DNA of 64,000 nt from contig NC_043005.1 in NCBI RefSeq assembly GCF_006345805.1, positions 53,134,001 through 53,198,000 on the forward strand, in the 5' to 3' direction. A model generated the notes under the pieces. That model was given only the letters and a program-made list of their open reading frames with translations. It was not told the DNA's origin and did not search any database. The position numbers and the translations under genes are program-made. Positions 14,337-26,665 of the stretch are shown here, one piece after another. Source of the stretch: Octopus sinensis. Its lineage: Eukaryota. How positions within the stretch are numbered: the first letter of the stretch is position 1; each line of letters starts with the position of its first letter.

Positions 14337-15669
14337 TATATATGTATATAAGACAGAAAGTGAGAGACGTATTGGAGGTAATATATTGTAATAATTTTTT
14401 TTTCTGAAAGCATAAGAAAACAATTGGTTTAATTACACAAAGTTATGCAAAGACACCATGCTCATAGGTGTTTCATGTGGAACTGTTAATTCTGGTGGTA
14501 CTCAAATTGTTCTTCATGCGGATGGCATCCTTCAGTAATTAAGCGCAAGCAAATTTTAAAAAGAATTTCAATATATTGTCTTATTTCTACTCCCCTATAA
14601 TATTATACATCTGTGTAAAAACTCCCCTTACAATCTCTTTGACACAGGAGCTGTTGAATTTCTGATGCATTAATAATCGTATTTGATGGCATAAAAGACA
14701 GGCAGATATATAAGACGCATTCCAATTCCAGAAAAACAACATTTATAGAAACTTCGCGTATAGGATCCGAGTAGCATTTTTCAGACATTTTTTTCAGAAT
14801 ATAACACGTTGTATATGCCAACAAATAGAGTAACTTGATTTTTGATATATTTCTGTTGATATATTTCTGTCCCGGGGTTAAACAACGATGTCAACAGCAC
14901 TTAGAAAGCTAAGCTACATTTCATTATCAAAAAAGTAGTAAAGATACATGTAAAATGGTGGTCACAAAGGAAACCGAGCCGGCTATATCTTGATGGATTC
15001 GATGAAAGCTTAGGATATTTCCTTAAAACCTATTTCCAGAGGTTGTAGTCTAGTTACTCTTAGAGTTCTAAAAGTTTACTGAAACAGATAATGTTTCTGA
15101 GAAATATATTAACGTAACATTTTTTGTGTCTCCTTAAAACACTTAGCCTTGTGTCCAGAAATCAAGTGATCTTTTTGCCAGTATATATACAAATATCTAA
15201 ACATGCATATACACATATATACACAGGCATATGGTATGTGTGTGTAGGCCCGTTGTGTACGTATGTGTATATGAAAGAGTATGAAGATTTGTTTGTAAAT
15301 CTATCTATCTATCTATCTACATACATTATCGAAAACATTCAAAATACGCAGCTAACTTGTTCGCCGGTAGGTTACGAATAGCGTGGTGGCGATGACTCTC
15401 TCAAAGCGCTGAATGTTAAAATATCTGAAAGTCATAGACAGGTGAGACAGCTCGCTCCAAATTCCATGTAGGGGCGATAGAACAGATGTTTCTCGAAATT
15501 ATAGCCAGTACATGGCTATCTACATACAAATAGGGTAACAAAAAAAAAAACATTTACTGGTATGCCCCGACGATGCATACGCAAGAATAAACTCAAATTA
15601 TTCAATATTCAGACGCTGCGCTAGTGTTGTAAAATATGTGTGTGTGTGTGTGTGTGTGTGTATGCGTGC

Positions 15670-15860
15670 AGGTGCATGGCCTAGTGGATTGGGGTGTTTG
15701 ACTCACCATCGTGAGATCGTGAGTTCGATTCTCAAACAGGATGTGCATTGTGAGCTTGAGCAAGACACTTCATTTCACGTTTCTCCAGTCCACTCACCTC
15801 TAAATGGGTAACCTTGCAACGGATTAGCCTTCCTATCAGAGAGAATATTGGTCTGCTCGC
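15670..15860 (+). mobile_element. SINE family C (duplicated copy)
   Basis: matches 13138-13330. Confidence 0.75.
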
Positions 15861-16734
15861 CAAGCCAGCAGAGTGTCTAAAACGATGTGAAGCGTATTGT
15901 GACCAGCGACGTTTAACGACAGTGATATATAACACACACACCACATACATATGTATGTATATATATATATGTATATGTGTATATATACATATACACATAT
16001 AGTTATATATAGATAAAAATAGATATCTATATCTATCTATCAATTTATCCATCTATCTATCTACCTAGTTTTCTATCTATCTTAATCTCTCTCTCCCTCT
16101 CTACATACATATATAATTTAGTATACATACATACATACATACATACATACATACATACATACATACATACATACATACATACACTCATATAGTTAAAATA
16201 CGAATCTATAAACTCCGAGATGGTGTGAAGTAATTATTATTTTGGAAGGTCGGATCTGGAAACAGATCAAAATACGAATATTAGTATATAAATATTAGGT
16301 TAGAAAATGCTTCGGATAGAAAGTCGAAAAATTCCCATGGGTATCGAAACCACATCTCCTGTAAGCATGGAAGCTGTGTTATCATTGAACCAAATCATTC
16401 TGTATCCATTCAAGAAACTTTATTCATACCGGTCACAATTGCACCATGTTGACGTCATGAGAAATTAGAAAGATTGCATTGTTCTAATACTAGAACGTCA
16501 ATAATGTTTTCAGGAGAGGGGAAATCGCGTCCCACCTATGGCTTTCGAGGTTTTCTATCTAAAGAGATTTTAAACCCATTTTTACACTCTATAGCTTTAT
16601 CTGCTTCGAGATAGACCATTCCATAAAAAAATCATTTTACACACACATATACAACAAAACATACGTGCATTTATGTGAATATATATGTATGCGTAAGCAT
16701 TTATATTCACATATGCGACTCCTCATTTTTTATC

Positions 16735-17135
16735 TTTTACTCTTTTACTTGTTTCAGTCATGAGATTGTGGCCATGCTGGAGCACGCCTTTAGTCGAGTA
16801 AATCGACCCCAGGACTTATTCTTTGTAAGCCTAGTACTTATTCTATCGGTCTCTTTTGCCGAACCGCTACGTTATGGAGACGTAAACACACAAGCATCGG
16901 TTGTCAAGCGATGTTGGGGAGACAAACACAGACACACAAACATATACACACACATACATATATACATATATATATACGACGGTCTTCTTTCAGTTTCCGT
17001 CTACCAAATCCACTCACAAGGCTTTGGTCGGCCCGAGGCTATAGTAGAAGACTCTTGTCAAAGGTGCCACGCAGTGGAACTGAACCCGGAATGATGTGGT
17101 TCGTAAGCAAGCCACTTACCACACATCCACTCCTA
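16735..17135 (-). mobile_element. Full-length SINE family B
   Basis: tRNA-like head (rc GTGGTAAGTGGCTTGCTTACGAACCAC..GGGTTCAGTTCC), CCTTTGACAAG CORE-like motif, internal CA/TA tract, tail ..GACTGAAACAAGTAAAAGAGTAAAAG. Confidence 0.85.
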
Positions 17136-17702
17136 CGCCTATATAAATATGTTTGTCTTCTTTTAAAAGTATTTTCCCCTGGTCTGCTTCCATTCCGTCA
17201 CGGACAAAATAGGTTTATAACAAAAGTTTGAATCACGACCAATCTGGTCAATCGTCTCCCAGGTATCTCTAGCGTGAACGACATACACACATGGTCGCTT
17301 GCTTTTCGCGAATTCACACCCAAATTTCACCCAATATCGAAACCGGCCGTCTTAAGCAAGAAAGAACACGTCAAACATACCCCTTAAAATGAAGGGACGG
17401 ACAAGCCTAGAAAAATAGAAGAATAGAACTCCTTGGTCTAAGTTGACATGGTGCTAAATAATAACAGAAGCACAAACATGCTGCCTAAATTTTTGAGCAT
17501 ATGTGTGATGTATGAGTTGTTCAATGTAATGTTTCCAACCTCAATTTGAATATAAAGTCTTGTTATTCCCAAACCTGACTAATGACCTCGGGTAGCGAAT
17601 CACGTACGATTTGTCCTGGAACATATGCATTAGCATATACTTGCATACATATCTACCTGTCTATCTATTTTATTTATTGGTAAGTTATACATATATATAT
17701 AT

Positions 17703-17754
<52 letters not shown>

Positions 17755-17981
17755 AAGACAGAAATACATGGACAGATATACATACGTACACACACACACA
17801 ACACACACACACATATACGTATGTATATATGTCTATGTATATATGTATATTTGTATATATATGTATATATATATATATCTATGTTTGGTGTGTATATATA
17901 TATATATATGTGCAAAATACCCATACGTATACATGACTATATACATACGCAGATACATGATGCATCTCTCTATTTTTCTAC

Positions 17982-18085
17982 CATGGTGCTGTACTTATTT
18001 GCAGAGGGACTGCAATGATGTTTGTTGTTTGGGGTTAACGATTGAATTTGCCAGGAAGAATTATGCTGTTGCCATTTCTTATTTC
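17982..18085 (-). CDS. Candidate internal coding exon (104 bp) of an unidentified gene
   Basis: acceptor TTGTTTATCCCACAG|G, donor ATG|GTAGAA; only the phase-1 frame is open (GNKKWQQHNSSWQIQSLTPNNKHHCSPSANKYSTM), matching the exon at 29660. Confidence 0.45.
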
Positions 18086-18369
18086 CTGTGGGATAAACAA
18101 CAGAACTGGAATAGAGATTTTGTTAACTAGTAATATGTAGATTGCTGTCATTCCATGCCTCTAGAATACATGGACATTAGCATACATTGCTTCGACTGTT
18201 AATATGTTTGTATATATAATATAAATGTGTGACTATATATACAGGTTCTTGTATGTGTGTATATATGTGTGTGTGTGTGTATACATACATATATATATAT
18301 ATATGTGCCTATGTGTATATACACCACACACACACTTATGTATATCTGTCCATGTATTTCTGTCTTTCG

Positions 18370-18404
<35 letters not shown>

Positions 18405-18585
18405 AACTTACCAATAAATAAATAGATAGACAGGTAGATATGTATGCAAGTATATAAATATGGATAGAGATGGATATGCAAATTTCTAAATCAGTATATA
18501 ATTTCTCCGCGCATATTGCCATATATGTGTCAGAGCACATTAGCTCCCTCTTTATGTCTCCTGTTATGTGTGTGTGTGTGTGTGT

Positions 18586-18800
18586 GGAGGCGCGTGGCTT
18601 AGTGGTCAGGGTGTCAGCATCATGATCGTAAGATTGTGGTTTCGATTCCTGGACCGAGCGACGCATTGTGTTCTTGAGCAAAATACTTCCTTTCACGTTG
18701 CTCCAGTCCACTCAGCTGGCAAAAATGAGTAACACTCCGATGGACTAGCGTACCGTCCAGCTGGGGAACACATGCGCCATTGAAACCGGCTAGGCTTTAA
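18586..18800 (+). mobile_element. SINE family C
   Basis: TGGCTTAGTGG A box, GGTTTCGATTCC B box, CTTGAGCAAAATACTT motif. Confidence 0.8.
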
Positions 18801-18852
18801 AAGGGCGCATTTATTTTATATATATATAAAAAGAGAGAGGGAGAGAGAGAGA

Positions 18853-18904
<52 letters not shown>

Positions 18905-20004
18905 CATAAAACTTCTTGAATTATAGATCAAGGGGACTAGAAATTCAAAGAGATCTCAATGCAGATTTCATAGGACCTATTGATTTACCGAAACAAAAGA
19001 TTTGTTGTCAGAATATGAGATCTATATCGTAACTATCACTCTCTCTCTCTCTCTTTATCTACCTATCAATATATACATGCATACATACATACGTACTTGC
19101 GTACATACTTACAGAAAGACAAACGTACAGACAGGTGGACATATAGAACGAGGTGATATTCTTTCTATCTCTGTCAATAAAAAAAAAAGAAAAATGAAGA
19201 TAACCAGTCGTAGCTGGATCGTCTTTGCTCATAGGACTATTTCATCTTTTGAATGGTAAAAGACAACAAGTGAAACATTAGACAAGCATTGGACAATAAT
19301 ATTCAATGTACTGACTTACTTCCCTTTACATTCTTATTGAAATCTGACCGATGAAGATGTAACTTTTGTTTCATCGTTTAATGTTCAGTACAATAAGTGC
19401 GAATTGAGTTCTAAGGGCAATTTAATTGAGTGTTCCGCCTTCAAAATTTGCCAGTGTTACAAATTTTTGATTGAATTTAAATATCAGAATTTATTAATTT
19501 CTTTGATCATTTACTTGTATTATTTAACGAGCGTCTTAATTAAGTAATTAACTTATTAATTAAATTTGAAAATATGTACTTTGATGCATAATGACCTGTA
19601 ATTGTTGATGTATGTATAGATATATTTATATGTATATGTCTGTCTATGTATATATATATATGTATGTGTGTGTGTGTGTGTGTGTGTATTTACAGAGACA
19701 TACGCCTGCATACACATACACACATACGCGTACACCAATGCTATCCTCCATTTCACGATACGTAGATAATTAAAAACTTCCCTGTCAATAATGCATCACA
19801 ACGCCAATACATATGTTAATGTCCAGCGTATTTGATGAATTTGCAAATACGTGGTTCTAGATTCGATCCAACTGTTCAGCACCTTGAACAGCTGTTTTTT
19901 GCTTTAGGTTGCTCAGTCACTTGCGCATTTGAGTAAAGAAACAACTTAATACTGGCATAGTTATGTGTTCATTGCTTTGTCAATATACCTTATGTTCAAT
20001 TTTG

Positions 20005-20236
20005 AAGGCGGCGAGCTGACAGAAACGTTAGCACGCCGGGCGAAATGCGTAGTCGTATTTCGTCTGCCGTTACGTTCTGAGTTCAAATTCTGCCGAGGTC
20101 GACTTTGCATTTCATCCTTTGGGGGTCAATAAATTAAGTACCAGTTACACACTGGGGTCCATGTAATCGACTTAATCCGCTTATCTGTCCTTGTTTGTCC
20201 CCTCTGTGTGTAGCCCCTTGTGGGTAGTAAAGAAAT
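20005..20236 (+). mobile_element. Full-length SINE family A with Tx1-like tail and 22-bp TSD
   Basis: ATATACCTTAT(G/A)TTCAATTTTG at 19983-20004 and 20237-20258. Confidence 0.9.
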
Positions 20237-20332
20237 ATATACCTTATATTCAATTTTGCTGAATGATAATATTCCCTCCGCCTCCTCCTCCTCCTCCTAT
20301 TATAATTATTATTATTGTTGTTATTGTTGTTG

Positions 20333-20371
<39 letters not shown>

Positions 20372-20372
<1 letters not shown>

Positions 20373-21930
20373 TTTTTTTTTTCTTCTTTCCAATTTTCTT
20401 CCATTTCTTGCCGAGTGTCTTCCCGACTCCTAGGGCAAAGAAACTCATAGTGTATATTGGTAGGCCATTAAACCAAACTCAGTAGTTCGTTAATTTTTTA
20501 TTTATTTTTTAATTTTTTTTAAGTTAAATTAAAATGCATGAGCAGCAACAGTTCTCACATCGACAATGCTCTTCTCAATACGTGTGATGTACCAGTTAAG
20601 AAAATCTTTTGCACTCTTGCAGGGATGGTAAGCCGGGATCATTCTCATATAATTTTCGGTTCTTCTTGAATCATTCCTAGTGCTCCTACGATCACTGGTA
20701 TTGTAACCCGCCTTGAGATGCCACATTTTCTCAATTTCAATGAGTAGGTCTTTATATTTTTGAGCTTGTCAAACTCTTTCGCTGAGATATTATGATCACA
20801 GGGGATGCTCATGTCGATCAATAAGCAAACTTTATTGTTTTGGTCTTTCACAACAATATCTGGTTTATTGGCCTTGATGGTTCGGTCTGTATGTACTGGA
20901 AAGTCCCACAGAATGGTTACATTTTCTCCTAAGTTACAGCCTCAGGGTGGTGATTATACCACTTGTCGGCAGTTTGATATTGTAATGCCGACTTATTAGC
21001 CAGTGGAGATATTGGCCAACTCTGTCATGTCTTAATTTATACTCCACTGGTGCTAAGACTTTACATCCGGAGATTAGGTGGTCCACTGTTTCAATCATGT
21101 CGTTGCAGAATCGGCATTTTCGGTTCTTGCTCATTTTTCATCACATTGGCCTGGTAGTCCGGGTTGATAGGCTTTGGTCTTGAGCAGCCAGGATGAAACC
21201 TTCGCTCTCTGCTTTTAGCCCTGAGCTCCGCAGCCACTGATGGGTTTGCTTCTGGTCAACATCAGCTTGTTTGCTGCGGGTCACATATTTGCCGTGCAGA
21301 GGTTTCTCCTCCCACCTATCAGCCAATTGCTCGTGCGCTTTTTTCATTGCCATCATTTTCACCTCTTTGCAACAATAGTTGCCGTACTTCCTTCGGTTGT
21401 TCAGTTTGGTTATCCTGCACGAGATCAATAGCAAATTTTGCTCTCCTTGATGATAGAATGAAGCTTCTTCGTCTCTCGTGATTTTCCAGGAGCTTTAGCA
21501 TCCAGTCATTCGATATTTCGAGATATTTGGCCAGTCCAATTGTGGTTGTTTTGTAAGCTAGTTCAAATTGGATCAGGCCTCGACCTCCTTGGGCTCTGGG
21601 AAGGTAAAGCGATCTACGTCTGCCTTTGGGTGGTGCATCCTATTACAACTCAGCAGCTTGCGTATTTTTCTATCTATATTCTTTACTTCACTCATATTCC
21701 AGTTCAACACATTGTAGCTATAAGTAACAACTGGAACTGCTAGGGAATTTATAGCTAACACCTTGTTACGTGCATTTAGTTCAGATTTCAGGACTGCACG
21801 AACTCTCCTATAACATTCCTTCCTGATTTTCTCTTTCATGCTTGCATGCTGAATACCAGAGCCTTCATTTATCCCTAAATATTTGTATGTGTGTTCTTGT
21901 TATCCCTAAATATTTGTATGTGTGTTCTTG
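20372..21930 (-). mobile_element. 5'-truncated Dong/R4-type LINE (family alpha, D1) in a (TAA)n array
   Basis: YKYLG, AINSLAVPV, WLRSSGLKAESEGFILAAQDQ, CRFCNDMIETVDHLISGC, RHDRV, ANKPDIVV..LIDMSIP, PVIVGALG; TAA repeats on both sides. Confidence 0.88.
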
Positions 21931-22025
21931 TTATTATTATTATTATTATTATTAATTATTATTATTATTATTATTATTATTAATATTATTATTATCATTA
22001 TCATCATCATCATCATCATTATTAA
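21931..22025. repeat. (TTA)n/(TCA)n array separating D1 and D6
   Basis: direct reading. Confidence 0.95.
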
Positions 22026-22029
22026 TATT

Positions 22030-22570
22030 TGGCTTTTGTGTTGCACTTGTTCAAGTTTACTCCAAGTCTCACCCAGAGACCTCAAGTGACAACAAATTAG
22101 AAGTCCATGTTAGTGTTATGACTAGGGTGCCATATGTTTTGGTTTTGCATAAAATTTTGACTTGTTTTAAAAGTAATTTCATCATAAGATTGTAGTGTGA
22201 TGTTAAGATGACAGTAGGTGTTGGCTATTATGTACATTTAAAAGTATTTTGACACTGTTTACAGATTAAAATGTTTTGGGGATTACGTAGACAATATTTT
22301 TCGTAGGATATGAGCAATTCCCATGAGCACTAATTTTAAAAATTTCTTCTATATTTGGATTTCCTGATAGATAGCAATTAGCTCTGTTTGTTATCACTTC
22401 TAGGGTTCCTATGACAACAAATATTGTTTTAGTCTTGGGGTTCCACATTTTGTCAATTTCTTTCCAGATCTTTATAGTTGCTCAGTTTTGACAGGTACAT
22501 TTATGTGGATTGAGACAGTCATATCGACGAGGAAGCATAATTTTTGTCTGAATCCTTCAATGAAATGTCT
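22030..22570 (-). mobile_element. Old 3' fragment of Dong/R4-type LINE (family delta, D6)
   Basis: broken frame: FLVDMTV..YKDLE..IDKMWNPKTKTIFVVIGTL..NIEEI; 3' end abuts (TAA)n. Confidence 0.7.
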
Positions 22571-22740
22571 GGGACATTTGTATCTATCTTTCTGTCAGTT
22601 TGAACAGTAAAGGTCTAAAGGAGAGAGATGTGATCGTTTTCAAACAGTGGAGGCGGTTAGTGTTCCCACCAGTTTTTATCATGGAGCAGGTCCAAGTTTT
22701 TTCAAATTACCCACTGAATATAATCTGCTGCTCTATTATT

Positions 22741-23585
22741 ATGAGGGAGAGTGCGACAACGTTCTTGGGGAAATTCTCGGCGTCGATTAAAATCAACTAA
22801 TCGGTCTGTTTCGGAGAGCCTTCGGGCCTGGGTATATGGGCATCTTCCAGAAATCCCTTGCTCGGCAGTGCTATCGAGGGGCACTGCCTGTTCGAGATGA
22901 ACTTTACAGGCACGGAAGTGCCATCAACCAAGGTGTGCACAGAACAATAAAATCGTTCTGCACGCCCTAGTCCAGTGCCCTAGCATTATTGGCCTGTAGT
23001 TCTATGTCGAACACCTGTTGTCGCGTGTAGGACGAATCCGGCTATCAGCTGAATCCATTGTGAAGATTGCCCCGCCGCCTTCTTTTGACCGGGAGGGGAA
23101 GACAATTTTTCTTTGTCTAGAGGCTGTAGCGAAAGATGTAGTATTGTGGACCGTTTGAAGGGGATAATGACAGGCACTTTCCTCTTTGGCCAAATCCTCA
23201 TCAACTTTTTCAAGTTTCACTTGAAAAGGAAGTTGAGGGTGGAGAGGGGAAGTGTTGCCTTGTAGCAGGTTTATTGAAAGGTGGGTGAATGTTGGATGAA
23301 TGGCCAGTGTGAAAGGACTAATTCTGAGCATGCACCTGTAAACAAAAAGAGAAATGCTCTGGCCCTGTTGTTCAGGCACTCGTGACCTTTGTGAATTTTT
23401 TCATGAGGCCCTTAATGCGCCTCCCATATTGGGAGTTTTAAATTGTTTAATTTTTAATCGTTATATATATTGTTTACAAGTTGTAGAACCCATTGTATCA
23501 TCCTGCTTTTGTCTTTTATGTTGTTGTATGTCTCTTAATGTAATTTTAGTAATTTTATGTAAGCTCTTGTGGCCAATAATCGAAC
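22741..23585 (+). mobile_element. Diverged Tx1-like 3' fragment (sister family, T6)
   Basis: homology to T1 from ~1355 through the C-terminus (QCYRGALPVRD, LINFFKFHLKRKLRVERE); ends CTTGTGGCCAATAATCGAAC then (TTA)n. Confidence 0.8.
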
Positions 23586-23649
23586 TAATTATTATTATTA
23601 TTATTATTGAGTAAGGGAGAAAGTAGCGCATGCCTTCAAAATCACGGTA

Positions 23650-23751
23650 GGGTACAAATATATAAGTTAAGTACCAGTGAAACACTGAGGTCGTCGTAAT
23701 CGACTTGTCCCCTCCAACAAAATTTCAGGCCTTATGCCTATAGTAAAGAGG

Positions 23752-23755
<4 letters not shown>
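23650..23755 (+). mobile_element. 3' fragment of SINE A (tail type 2)
   Basis: TTAAGTACCAGTGAAACACTG..AATTTCAGGCCTTATGCCTATAGTAAAGAGG. Confidence 0.7.
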
Positions 23756-23844
<89 letters not shown>

Positions 23845-23857
23845 ATTATTATTATTA

Positions 23858-23945
<88 letters not shown>
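23752..23945. repeat. (TTA)n microsatellite
   Basis: direct reading. Confidence 0.97.
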
Positions 23946-23946
<1 letters not shown>

Positions 23947-25564
23947 TTGTATATTATTAATTTGTTTGTATAATATTTATCTAATATTTTCTACTTTTAA
24001 AAAATCGGAACTTTTCCTGTTTCGGGTACCTTCAGACTTTTTTGATGTGGCAAAATTTACAGTTGATAAATTCATAAAGAAAGGAATTCCTCCAAAGTGA
24101 ATTATCAACTTTGAATATTTAGCATCACCGTAAAATGTTCAATGTAGATTTAACAAAAATTGAATAAATTCACAACAAATTTTTTTCAGATTTGTCAGCT
24201 GAGTTTGATGCGAATTTGACTACTTTAACCGCGAGACAACATTATGTTCAGAACATAGTAAACCTAGAAAAGCGGTTAGGAAAACTTCATTATTTAAAAC
24301 CAAAATAGATTCTTATAAAAGAGAAAAAAATCCTAATCAACAATAGCTAAACATTTTGAAAGAATGTTATTTTCCGAAATTGATTTACGAATTGTATAAG
24401 CGTGGGTTTAGATCTAGAAAAGAAAAGGAATATGAAAAAAAAAATGAAATGAAATCCCATTAAAGTTTGGGAAACGAAAATTATGTTTTCTTTTTCTATA
24501 ATGATATGGTTTTTCAATCAGATATATAAATACAGTACAAGCAACAATTATGTTTTAGATTTAACTGTGAATGCGATGGAATATATTAAGGTATTAAGAG
24601 AAAAAAATAAGAAACTATATAGATTGAATATTTGATAAACGTTAAGTCTTTCAACATGACAATATATGTAGCCACTCTTGTAAAAGCCTTATGCGAAGGA
24701 AGCTTGTCTGACATTTCAAACATTTATATGTTGCCTTAGTTATTATCAAATTCCCTTGATTTCAATCTCATCGAGAAACGCAATCTCATTAGAAATAAAA
24801 CGAAGAATAGAATTTATCAGTCAAAAGTGAAAATCGCTGAGGACGTGAAATCTATATTTAATAAAGAATAGAATCAACAAATCTTTCAAGAAATGAGCCA
24901 TACAAATCACTCTTCTGAACACTGCATGCCATGTTAGATGTTAACGATAATATGACAAAACATCTATCTTTGTCTAAAAAAACAACAACTTTGGTCTACA
25001 TATTCTTCTACTTTCAAACATATCTTCGTAATTCATCTATGTGTTTGTGAGTAGAAGCTAATTCTTTTTTTTTTCACCATATATAAATGGCTCATATTTC
25101 TTTTAATATCCTAGCGTGCCATAGACTGTGGAATGGCATAATTGCGGTATTTTGTTTCAGCTCTTTACGTTTTCGGATCAAATCCTGCCGCAGTTAAAAT
25201 TGCTTTTTAATTCTCCGGGGTCGAGGGAATAAAGAACACCTGGAGTACTAAAACCGATTGAATCCACTGCTGCTAGTGTCTACCTGGAATATTCAAACAA
25301 AATCCCCCATTTAGGCCAGAATCCACACCAAACCAATCTTCTTATTGGTAATTGAACTTTAAATTGAACCTGTATATTAAACTTAACGGCTACATAATTG
25401 CAGTGAGGGACATCGACTCCAGGTAATTGTTACGCAAATTTTATGAACAACAAGGTATTTTATCGGGTCAGTTATCGTGCTCAGTAATGATTTATGGACA
25501 ACGTGTAACGGACAAAGATATTTTTAAAATGAAATTGTTTTTAATAGGGCCTTTTTTTTCTTGT

Positions 25565-25786
25565 CTCTCTTTTACTTGTTTCAGTCAATTGACTGCGGCC
25601 ATGCTGGAGCACCGCCTTTAGTCGAGCAAATGGACCCCAGGACTTATTCTTTGTTAGCCTAGTACTTATTCTATCGGTCACTTTTGCCGAACCGCTAAGT
25701 TACGGGGACATAAACACACCAGCATCAGTTGTCAAGTGATGTTGGGGAGACAAACACAGACGCACATACATACATACATACATACA

Positions 25787-25818
<32 letters not shown>

Positions 25819-25825
25819 CATATAC

Positions 25826-25873
<48 letters not shown>

Positions 25874-26073
25874 GACGGTCTTCTTTCAGTTTCAGTCAAC
25901 CAAATCCACTCACAAAGCATTGGTCGACCCGAGGCTATAGTAGAAGACACTTGTCAAAGACGCCACGCAGTGGGAATGAACCCGAAACCATGTGGTTGGT
26001 AAGCGAGCTACTTACCACAGCCACTGAACCCGAAATCACGTGGTTCGTAAGCAAGCTACTCATCACACAGCCA
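25565..26073 (-). mobile_element. Full-length SINE B with duplicated tRNA-like head
   Basis: matches 16735 copy; GAACCCGAAA..GTGGTT..GTAAGC.AGCTACT..CACAGCCAC occurs twice (about 25977-26013 and 26016-26073). Confidence 0.85.
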
Positions 26074-26459
26074 CTCGCACATACATATGTATATAATATA
26101 ATAATAAAATATGTTATGCGCAGCTATGGTTGTGCGTTTACAACAATTGCTTTGCAATCGCGTTGTTTGGGATGCCACCTTATGGCATATTTCTTATTGC
26201 TTTCTACTATATTAGTGTAGAGGAGCCGTCAATAATATCGACGACAATCGTACGAAACTTTGTGGTAATTACTCTTTGATTTGTAAGCACGAATACTCGA
26301 TTTTTCCAGTTGGAAGTATTGTTGAAAAATGTAATTTATGAAAGTTGCAAATGAGAGTATGAGGATTTAAATGAAATTGCCAAAATAACAGGAAAATAGG
26401 AAAACTGTATTTTTCACTCCGCAAACATTATCACGGTTAAACTACTTTTAATATGTACT

Positions 26460-26597
26460 TACTTACCAACTACATGGTTCCGGGTTCAGTCCCACTGCGT
26501 GGCACCTTGGGCAAGTGTCTTCTGCTATAGCCTCGGGCTGACCAAATCCTTATGAGTGGATTTGGTAGACGGAAACTGAAAGAAGCCCGTCGTATAT

Positions 26598-26665
<68 letters not shown>

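Noticed and set aside
18586-18660. tRNA genes at SINE heads (also 13138, 20007, 26460, 50310-50386)
   Set aside because: A and B boxes are present, but each continues into a SINE body without a Pol III terminator and the cloverleaves are degenerate.
19321-19411. Minus-strand exon ending at a strong GAA|GTAAGT donor
   Set aside because: All three frames from the nearest good acceptor contain stops; a 24-nt micro-exon is possible but unsupported.
24060-24112. Small hairpin AGTTGATAAATTC..GAATTATCAACT as a pre-miRNA
   Set aside because: The stem is only about 12 bp in AT-rich sequence, which is expected by chance.
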